From: Eledone cirrhosa
Lineage: Eukaryota
DNA: 64,000 nt
Direction: 5' to 3'
Assembly (NCBI GenBank): GCA_964016885.1
Contig: OZ024742.1
Span: forward strand, 56,854,001 to 56,918,000
Shown here: positions 54,206-64,000 of the stretch, piece after piece
How the letters are laid out: each line of letters begins with the position of its first letter
How positions within the stretch are numbered: position 1 is the first letter of the stretch
Made by a program: the position numbers and the translations under genes
The notes under the pieces: generated by a model
The model's input: the letters and a program-made list of their open reading frames with translations, nothing else
What the model was told of the DNA's origin: nothing
The model's database searches: none

Positions 54206-54242
<37 letters not shown>

Positions 54243-54246
<4 letters not shown>

Positions 54247-54294
54247 TATGTATGTATACGTACATACATATATGTATACAGACGTACAGTAGCA

Positions 54295-54365
<71 letters not shown>

Positions 54366-55478
54366 GTATACATACATATATGTACGTATCAGTTTAGCGG
54401 ACGTTTATTATAACGCCCGCTTTGTCCGTTTGTAAACAAACTGACAGCCTGAATTTATGTCGTACGGTGTTAAGGCAACCACGTCACCTTTTTGTTCAAC
54501 ACTGACACAGGAACGATGTACTAGTTTCAAGCTTCTTAGCTATCACCAGCACCGTATACCCTTCTGCCAGATGGTTGAACGTTCGAAAGTATATACTTCC
54601 TTATGAAAATTAACGGCTGAGCAGACTAATTTGCATATCGAGTGAGTTCAGTCGGCCAGGCGCACCGAAAACGATAAGTTGTAATAAAATGAAAACGAAA
54701 TTTCATTTCTCACTCTTAGCACGGTACTTACTTAAATGTAAGTATGTATGTATACGTACATACATATATGTATACAGACGTACAGTAGCATGCATATATA
54801 TATATATATATATATACATACAGGTATACATACATATATGTACGTATCAGTTTAGCGGACGTTTATTATAACGCCCGCTTTGTCCGTTTGTAAACAAACT
54901 GACAGCCTGCATTTATGCCGTACGGTGTTAAGGCAACCACGTCACCTTTTTGTTCAACACTGACACAGGAACGATGTACTAGTTTCAAGCTACTTAGCTA
55001 TCATCAGCACCGTATACTCTTCTGCCAGATGGTTGAACGTTCGAAAGTATATACTTTCCTTATGAAAATTAACGGCTGAGCAGCCTAATTTGCATATCGA
55101 GTGAGTTCAGTCGGCCAGGCGCACCGAAAACGATAAGTTGTAATAAAATGAAAACGAAATTTCATTTCTCACTCTTAGTACGGCACTTACTTAAATGCCA
55201 GATGGTTGAACGTTCGAAAGTATATACTTTCCTTATGAAAATTAACGGCTGAGCAGCCTAATTTGCATAACCATCTGGCAGAAGGGTATACGGTGCTGAT
55301 GATAGCTAAGAAGCTTGAAACTAGTACATCGTTCCTGTGTCAGTGTTGAACAAAAAGGTGACGTGGTTGCCTTAACACCGTACGGCATAAATCAGGCTGT
55401 CAGTTTGTTTACAAACGGATAAAGCGGGCGTTATAATAAACGTCCGCTAAACTGATACGTACATATATGTATGTATAC

Positions 55479-55525
<47 letters not shown>

Positions 55526-55641
55526 TGCTACTGTACGTCTGTATACATATATGTATGTACGTATACATACATACTTACATTTAAGTAAGTGCCGTACTAA
55601 GAGTGAGAAATGAAATTTCGTTTTCATTTTATTACAACTTA
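54243..55641. mobile_element. Tandem ~458 bp hammerhead-bearing units followed by an inverted unit (retrozyme/pLTR-like)
   Basis: Hammerheads at 54515-54553 (-, CTGGTGA mutant), 54973-55011 (-) and 55292-55330 (+); same family as 36057-36697. Confidence 0.85.
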
Positions 55642-55644
55642 TAT

Positions 55645-56589
55645 ATATAGGATAAGAAGGTATCGTTTAAGGTAATTCAGTTAGAAGTTGTGAGTACTCT
55701 GTACTGTGGATAGTTTTAATGTACGGCGTTGTTTGACTCAACAAGAAGTTTCCTTAGTTAGGTGGCGAGTTTACGACAATACCTATGCAGGTGATTCTTG
55801 GAGTAATAATAGTGAAATAGTGAAGAACAACATGGTCGGCTGTACAAAAGGGGTTTTATTTACAGTATTTAACAATTGTTTCATTGATCAGGTGAGTCTA
55901 AAGGCCGCTAATCACTAGAAATTGCGTCACTCGCCCTTAAATACAGTGTGTGTCTGATTCACTTTTTAATCTCTATTTATCTATTCTCCGATCCTTTTGT
56001 CTCATCCTCGAATCCTTACTCTTTATTCTCTATCTCCTGTTCTTTATCTCTTTCCCTCTTACTTTTTATTTTGATTCTTTACTATTTTTTTCTACGTGTT
56101 TGCATTTTTATTTCCCCAATTCATAAAGTCAATACACTATATTAGTACGCCATCCACTCATTAAAATTTTGTCTATCATATATCGTATTTCTTTTCATGT
56201 TATTGTTATCATTACTGTCATCACTATTTTACACATCCACTTACTCACCATTATAACTTCATCTACCACCACCACTACTACTATTATCAATAACCGTATC
56301 TTTTTATTATTTTTTTTTATAGTTTTTTAATATTTTTTATCATTTCATTATTTTTCATTGGTGTTATTGTTTTCATTCACTTGATTCTCCGATGTATCTA
56401 TAAATACTAGTGCCCTATGTTACATCCTTCAGTATTCCGATGATTTGATCAGAGACACACTGTTTTTAAGGTCGACTGACGCAATTTCTAGTGATTAGCG
56501 GCCTTTAGACTCACCTGATCAATGAAATAATTATTAATACTGTAAATAAAACCCTTTTTGTACAGCCGACCATGTTATTCTTCACTCTT

Positions 56590-56595
<6 letters not shown>
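55645..56595. mobile_element. Fold-back insert with long tail in (AT)n; another family member at ~59472-59750
   Basis: 55810-55957 is the reverse complement of 56447-56595. Confidence 0.8.
56430..56542 (+). ncRNA. Type I hammerhead with long stem II (U4>C change)
   Basis: cagtatt CCGATGA t ttgatcag...ctgatcaa t GAA ATAATTAT T aatactg; AATAAA follows. Confidence 0.7.
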
Positions 56596-56665
<70 letters not shown>

Positions 56666-56964
56666 TTTGGGGGGGGGGCGTGTGTGTGTGTGTATTCAAT
56701 TGAAGAAAGTTGGTTGATTAAAAATGTGCTGACTTTTTCTTAACAGATGTCAAGCACTCTACGGTTTTTCTTCATCCAGGGTTTTATTATGATAATAAAC
56801 AAGAAAGTCGGTTTCATTTGTCCGCCCTTATTTATTTTGCTATACGTATTTCGAAGACGTATGGTAGTTGTATACCAGCTGCATATATACTTGTTGGTCG
56901 GTGAAGGAGATAACTCGTATTACCGGTAATATTTCAATGGATATTTACATCTCGTGTGAATTAA

Positions 56965-57030
56965 TGTCTGAAGAGAAAACGTAGGGTAACTGTTATACAA
57001 CTACCATACGTCTTCGAAATACGTATAACA
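56965..57030 (+). ncRNA. Minimal type I hammerhead within a fold-back insert (arms 56793-56873 / 56995-57073)
   Basis: tgt CTGAAGA gaa.acgta.ggta...tacc.tacgt.ttc GAA ATACGTAT A aca; AATAAA follows. Confidence 0.75.
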
Positions 57031-57104
57031 AAATAAATAGGGATGTACAAATGAAACCGTCTTTCTTGTTTATTAGTATTATTATTAATATTATATATAT
57101 ATAC

Positions 57105-57199
<95 letters not shown>

Positions 57200-57212
57200 C
57201 GTGTGCGTGTGC

Positions 57213-57274
<62 letters not shown>

Positions 57275-57349
57275 GGTAAACAGAAATAACAACGCAATCG
57301 GTACAGTATATGGAATGGATATATTAGGTTATATATAGCAGAAAAAGGG

Positions 57350-57385
57350 TCTTAACGTTTCGGACGCTAGTCCTTCATCAGAAGA
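57350..57385 (-). ncRNA. Minimal type I hammerhead; degenerate relative at 58781-58817 (+)
   Basis: tctt CTGATGA a ggac tagc gtcc GAA ACGT T aaga. Confidence 0.8.
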
Positions 57386-57421
57386 AAGAATGAGAGTGTT
57401 GCATCACATACATATTTATTA

Positions 57422-57489
57422 CATATTACATGTTTCACTTTCGATCAGCTCGAGGAAGGAACTATTAATGATCGATATGTTTTAATATG
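57422..57489 (-). other. Degenerate hammerhead (stems kept, CUGANGA lost)
   Basis: catat....tcgatca...tgatcga..GAA ACATGT A atatg taataaa. Confidence 0.4.
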
Positions 57490-58126
57490 CAGGCTCGCGT
57501 CTGAGACTGTCTGAATATTTTCCGAAATCTTTCTTATAAGTTAGCACACATTCTAAGATAGTGATATTCAGCTGTATTTGTTCATTGGTTTATTTTCGGT
57601 CAGATAACGGTGGGGTCTCTTTATAAATTAGCGGCTATTCTCACCATCCCGGTCAAATCGTCTGGTGTATCCATGTGCGTCTACCCGTCTGCGTAGCTAC
57701 CACTGTCACGTTGTTTGAAGTCATCATTAAGGAGAAAAGTCAATCAATACAAGAATGCGTTGGTGGTGATAAGTAAGGGGTGAGGGAGTTAAGATATAGT
57801 ATATGAAATAAAGGAATAACAAAAAAAATAAAACTATGTGGTAAAGGCCAAACTGATTACGATAAAGCTGATAAAGAGATAAAATAAAACAAAATAAGTG
57901 GAACAATGTTATAGATATAATAAAAACAAACCTATACAAATATACATATACATGTGTGCGTACACACATATACACACACATACATATGTGCACACACACA
58001 CATACTATACATACGCACAATGACAAATACCTTACCTATATATACACACCCACATATATACAAATACATATATACACATACATATTTATCTCTCTCTCTA
58101 TAGTTATATATATATATATATATATT

Positions 58127-58380
58127 TAGGTTTGTTGGTTTGTTGGTTCACCACTGGATAGAACTGGTCATTCCGTATGGTCAACCTCGATGTAATATTA
58201 TGGAGAGCACTCAACATAATGCAACTCACCCGTTTTCGTTTGTGTAGTTGGTGGTGCGAGTACGGAGTTAATTATTATAAAATAACAGGCGGCTGGACTG
58301 GTGTAATTCCTTAAAAGGTTTAGTATAATAAACCTTTTAAGGAATTACACCAGTTCAGCCTCCTGTTATTTTATAATTAT
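58127..58380. repeat. Short palindrome (58270-58380) plus tail in (AT)n
   Basis: Arms begin at aataaaccttttaaggaattacaccag. Confidence 0.75.
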
Positions 58381-58381
58381 A

Positions 58382-58445
<64 letters not shown>

Positions 58446-58647
58446 GCCTTACAAACACATAGACAAATATTCACTATCCAACTCACATACACACACCCAC
58501 CGCAACCCCTACATACACAGCTGCCCTCATACATACACACATGTGGACGCATACATATGTACAAACGCTTATATATATGTGTGTATGTGCGTATATTATA
58601 TATATATATATAGGGGCGTTCAATCGCGGGTAACCACAGTAAGTAAG

Positions 58648-58700
<53 letters not shown>

Positions 58701-58944
58701 CTGCATTCTCCCAGAAAAAAATATTTTTTGCGGTTCTTTCCTTTTCTGACTTTCTATTTCACCTTTTATATCTCATTGTATATTCTAATAAAGGAATAGT
58801 GTCCGAAACATACAGACTCTTTTGCAACTATATCAAGCGTTAAACTAATATACTTCATTGTAGAGTGTTGTTTGCTTTGTTGTTTCCGTTTGGTTTTTGC
58901 TTACATGTGTGTGTGTTTGTGTGTGTGTTTGTGTGTGTGTGTTT

Positions 58945-59051
<107 letters not shown>

Positions 59052-59065
59052 ATGTATATATGTAG

Positions 59066-59378
59066 TACATGGCTTAGTGGTTAGAGCGCCAGTCTTACAA
59101 TCGTGGGGTTGTGAGTTCGATTCTCGGACCGGGCTTTACGTTATGTTCTTGAGCAAGACAGTATTTGACGTCGCTCCAGTTCTCTCAACTGCCGAAATGT
59201 GCTGCAGCGTCACTGGTGCTAAGCTGTATCGGCATTTGCCTTTCCCCGGTGACGCGGAGAGGAGACTGTTATGCAAAGGAGACTGCTGATCTTCCACATA
59301 AAACACATTGTGCCTCGGAGGGGAACTCTCTATGTGCAAATCTCATGGTCATTCGTAACCGAAGGATGGGTCTTTACC

Positions 59379-59382
<4 letters not shown>
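59066..59382 (+). mobile_element. tRNA-derived SINE, second family
   Basis: A-box TGGCTTAGTGG, B-box GAGTTCGATTCTC, tail ctttaccctttt. Confidence 0.85.
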
Positions 59383-59472
<90 letters not shown>

Positions 59473-59784
59473 ATAATAAGATATCGTTATAGGTAATCCG
59501 ATTAGAGGTTGTGAATACTTACCATGGATAGTTTTAGCGTACGGCGTTGTATGACTCAAGAAGTTTACGTGGATGACGAGTTTATGATTTCACTATGTAA
59601 GTTTATCTTGGAGTAATAAAATTGAAAAAGTGGAGAATAACATGGTCAACAGTACAAAAAAGGAGATTTATTTAGAGTCTAACAATTGTTTCACTGCTAG
59701 AGTTGTCTAAAAATTGCTAAACACTGAATGTAGTGCCACTCAATTTAAAATACATGTTATCTCCATCATATCCTCAGAGACTAA

Positions 59785-59819
<35 letters not shown>

Positions 59820-59862
59820 ATACATATATTATACATATATACACATATAAATATGCAGATAC

Positions 59863-59973
<111 letters not shown>

Positions 59974-60040
59974 TTGACGAGGTTATAATATATATATATA
60001 TAATTTGGAAGCTATTTTTTCTTTTTCGACTTAAAAATTG

Positions 60041-60128
60041 GGCATAAAATCCCCTGGACGGAAAAAAAAGTTGACAACTTTCCACTGCCGACGTGGTCAA
60101 CTTTTTTCGGTCCAGGGGCTTTTATGCC
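60041..60128. repeat. ~90 bp imperfect palindrome
   Basis: ggcataaaa.cccctggac.gaaaaaa..gttgac / gtcaacttttttcggtccaggggcttttatgcc. Confidence 0.8.
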
Positions 60129-60393
60129 AGATCTGACTGTTTTTCATAGTCAAAATATTGAAGCTTCTAAATCTCCAATAAATTCAAATCCGCTCAACGT
60201 TTCTAAAAATATATCATTATAGATATTTATATACATAATAACAGCAGAAAACCCGCCTGAGGGTAGCATTTCTGCGAGTAAATGTTTAATTATGTATATT
60301 CATACATGTCTGCCTGTCGCTGTGGTATGTATGTGTGTGTAATATATACACATAACTTCGACAATCAGGGAGATACAATATTTTGTAACACAC

Positions 60394-60610
60394 CAGGGTG
60401 GTGGATTGGCAGTATCGGTAGAGAGTAGAACGCCATGCTTTGCAGCATAGAGTTGCGGCCCTTTATGATCTGAGTTCATATCCCGCCGAGGTTACCTTTG
60501 CCTTTCATCCTTACGGGGTCGATAAAATGAAGTACCAGTCACGCACTGGGGTTGATTTAATCGACTTTCCCCTCCCCCAAAATTGCTGGCCTTGTGCCTA
60601 TATAAGAAAC
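60394..60610 (+). mobile_element. Full-length SINE, main family, with 18 bp TSD
   Basis: caatattttgtaacacac at 60376-60393 and 60611-60628. Confidence 0.92.
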
Positions 60611-61374
60611 CAATATTTTGTAACACACTGTTATCAGTGTTTTTGCCCGGTTGGATGTTTTTCATGTCCAGAAATTACGGTGGGGACGGAAGTAACGTTC
60701 ACAAAACGGCTTCCGAAACCATAAATATTTACTCGCGACAAAATGTGTAGGTTTGTGCGCACGCGCGTATGTGTGTGTGTGTGTGAGTGTGTGTGTGTGT
60801 TGGTGTTGATGATGATGTTATCTTCATTTTCACTGCGAGCGTTTCAATCAATATCGTCACGGTGTTTTTTTGTTGTTTTTTTTTGTTGTTTGTGTCACAA
60901 AGTCATTATTTGTCCTCCGTGTAATTTTGGTGTTCATAAAATTGCTTCATGTTATGATTTTTTTTTTCAAATCTGAGCTAATATAATTTTCTCAACAAAT
61001 TTGTTTTAGCATATTTGTAGTAAGCCTTAGTTGTTCCAACACAAAGAACCATGTTGAAATATGGCAAAGCGGAAACAAAATATTAATAATACAATACGAT
61101 AAAAAAGAAATCATCAAATTCTATAAAATGCCATCCCATACAAGATCCCACGTTTATACGGCTGGCAGGCAAGAAACCGAAAAAAGCAAGCAAGAAATAC
61201 TATTAATGGTTATTTCTAGTTTAGGCTAAAGGGCAACAATTTGAGGGAAGGAAAAGTCAATAAAATGGACCGCAGTACATAACCCCAGTACAAACCGCAG
61301 TACAAATTTACAGAAGTTAATTTGCTCAAATTTCCCTTCCCCATAAATTGCTGGCCTTGTGCCTAAATTTGAAA

Positions 61375-61376
<2 letters not shown>

Positions 61377-61442
<66 letters not shown>
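61377..61442. repeat. (ATT)n tract: tail of a SINE 3' fragment (61327-61376) and 5' flank of Tx1 copy E
   Basis: Direct inspection. Confidence 0.95.
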
Positions 61443-64000
61443 GACTGTTAGACAGTGAAGACGTGTTTTTTTTGTGAGCTCCACAAAATAGTGAATTTCA
61501 AGATTTATTTTTTCAATTGTATTAGTTGCAATGTTTTGCACCAAAACCAACTGCACAGAAAACAACAACAGTGGCACCAAAGATACAACAAACTGCAGCA
61601 GCGACAACAGCAACAACGCCAAGAACAACAAAAACATTACAAACAACAAGAAGAGGCCATGCTTCAGCATGGACCTCACGAATAAAGATGAAAAGTTGGC
61701 CCAAGCCTAGAACCTCAACAAACAAGAGCAAACCTGGGCCAACTTAACTGTCCCGGCAGACGCCACTGAAGCAGTGGAGCAGAGAACGGTGCATTTCAGA
61801 TACATTTCAACAGAGACAAAGAGGGTGGCTTTAATTGCTCAGGCAGATATTGAAGCCGCGCTGAGATACATCAGGGATTACACCGAATACATAGCGAGGG
61901 GCAGACAATACGTCACCATTTCGGTGCCGTTTAAGTCAGAAGCCCTCACTATGAAACATGCAATGACCTCTTGCAAAACCAGCAAGGTCATAACCCTAAC
62001 CCTAACCCTTCCCACATAGAAAAATGAACAGCTCATGTCTGCATTTCCGGGATTCCACCAGGATTTGACATGTGGTGGCTCCTGGGATGCGTGATTGTGG
62101 AGGGGACAGGTACCGTCCCGATAGAGGGAAGAACCAGGGAGGACTGGTCCGGGGTTAACCTGGAGATACTTCTCCAGATCACGCCCGAGGATGTAAAAAG
62201 AATCTCAGACCACATCCGTCTCCACATCCGTATAATGACTGAAGTCAAAAGGCCGCATTGTTTCGTTTGCGGAAAAACAACCCATTTGCGATCCTTCTGC
62301 CCTCAACCTTTGAAAAGTGCAAGGAGCAAAGGCCTCCACGGCTGCCGACACCGGGGCGAGGACCACCTACACCAGCACCTGAAAAACCACCAGCAACAAC
62401 ACCAACGGAGACGCCACGACCAACATTGGCCACCCAGGGGAGGGGGGAGCTCTCCTATTCCCCCCAAAATACACACATGAGCAAAAACATAAACACGCAC
62501 ACAGACACACTTACAGCCACAGATCCCTCATCTTCCAATAGTGAAGATGAGGAGAAACCAAAATCCCCAAAGAAACAAAAACGAAAACACACAAAGAAAA
62601 AAACTCCACAAAGCACAAAAACACCCACAATAAAAAAAATACAGACATCACCCACGCAAACATATCCCCGAGAACACCAACACCATTAATACCATCGCCA
62701 TCACCAGAATTCCATAAACGCAAACAACCTAAACAGACGCAAGAACAAATACACACACAAACAACTGAAACCACAGACACCGCACCTACAACAAACGCAG
62801 ACACAACGAAAACAACACCAACAAAACCATCACCACCACAGTCACGCAAACAAATAAAACTGCACCAACAAAAGAAACAAAACATCGTGCTGGTCAGAAG
62901 GGCCATCAAGGAATTGATGGCCCTCGTAGCACGAAGTAAAGAAATTCAAACAGAGGGGAAGATTTTTTAATCGAGTACATTTCGCGTGCCAGAAGATTTG
63001 TTTCTGATGCGAATGTCGCTCGATTCTTACAAAGGAATTCGAGAGAGCCTTCCTCAGGACGTGGGAACCCCGAACGTGAAATCTATATCGAGACTTTTAA
63101 AGGGGTTCCCAAAGGAAACACCACCAACCATGGAGGTCGAACCACCCGACCTTCACAAGACCCCGGGAGGTAAGTAAACCTTTCCTCTCTCTTTTAGCGT
63201 GCCAACATGGCCATATTAAGAGTAGGAAATTTAAATGTTCGAGGCCTGGGACCTCTCGGGAAGAAGGGTCGCCTGCTCAACGACCTCAGGTCTCTAGAAG
63301 TGGATGTAAGAGAGACCAGGATTTTCGACACGCGCGCAGTAGCCTCCATTTTCGATGACTATCAGATCATCGCATCTCTTAGTCGGTCGGGAATGAGAGG
63401 TGGGGTGCCAGTGCTGTCTAGGAAAGGCCTGGATCTCGAGGTAAGGTCGATCTTCCGGGGCCCGGACGGTAAATTGGTGGTCCTGGATGTGAACAATAGT
63501 GAAGGTGGTGCCTTTAGACTGGTGGCCGTCTACGCTCCTACCAGGGCCGGACAGCCGGACTTCTTTAGGCGCCTAGAAACCTTTCTGGGTACATCTGGGT
63601 GCTGGGCTAGAATGGCATCTTAGACGCACGCTGGGATTGTGTGGGAGTAGCTAATAGGGGCGGGTGGGTACAAAAGCCTCAAGTAACTGATCAGCCAGTT
63701 CCAACTGTCTGAGAGGTACCGACTAGATTTCCCTAATGCGCCAGTGTGGACCTGGACCAATCGCATAGGGTCATCTAGGTCGTATATAGACAGGATTTTC
63801 ATTAGGAAAATAGATAGAAATTGTGCAGGTTGTCCACGTTTTAAAACGGTCGCCTATTCAGACCACAAGTTTGTGATCTGTAATGGTCGACATAGATAAA
63901 ACGCGTAGGTTACTGGAAGCTGAAATGTGTAGCGCATAACGCTTACAGGGACCGGGTTAACAATTTAGCACATAACGCTTACAGGGACCCGGTTAACAAT
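61443..64000 (+). mobile_element. Tx1-clade LINE copy E, 5' portion, degraded
   Basis: ORF1 knuckle CFVCGKTTHLRSFC; APE from 63207 (MAILRVGNLNVRGL..FRLVAVYAP); 35 bp tandem duplication at the window end. Confidence 0.92.

Larger units (their letters stand above)
53379..54210. mobile_element. Fold-back insert (arms ~53379-53732 / 53786-54128) plus ~80 bp tail in (AT)n
   Basis: ~350 bp reverse-complement arms, each with a canonical hammerhead. Confidence 0.88.

Noticed and set aside
61991-62009. (TAACCC)3 telomeric repeat inside Tx1 copy E ORF1
   Set aside because: Only three units, internal, and absent from the other copies; no sign of telomere targeting.

Overview
Animal (eukaryotic) non-genic DNA, very likely cephalopod (Octopus-like), inferred from the dense (AT)n/(GT)n/(GATA)n/(AAT)n microsatellites and the tRNA-derived SINE families. 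No host protein-coding gene can be supported. The window holds: five large, mutually diverged, frameshifted L1/Tx1-clade LINEs plus one 3' fragment, three of them head-to-tail in a (GATA)n tract and the others at (ATT)n; one truncated Penelope-like element (RT thumb + GIY-YIG) with inverted pseudo-LTRs; a degraded mariner; R4/Dong-like relics; and many SINEs. The signal the ORF track misses is RNA structure. Read by eye, there are about 16 type I hammerhead ribozyme motifs from about 10 unrelated short sequence families. Most sit in (AT)n-flanked fold-back (inverted-repeat plus tail) inserts and have palindromic stem III. They are concentrated at 52.7-59.7 kb, and several fold-back junctions fall at or next to the predicted self-cleavage site. 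All five Tx1 copies also keep a consensus 5' splice site at the ORF1 stop, and the main SINE appears to share the Tx1 3' terminus. All folds and alignments were done manually and none were computed.
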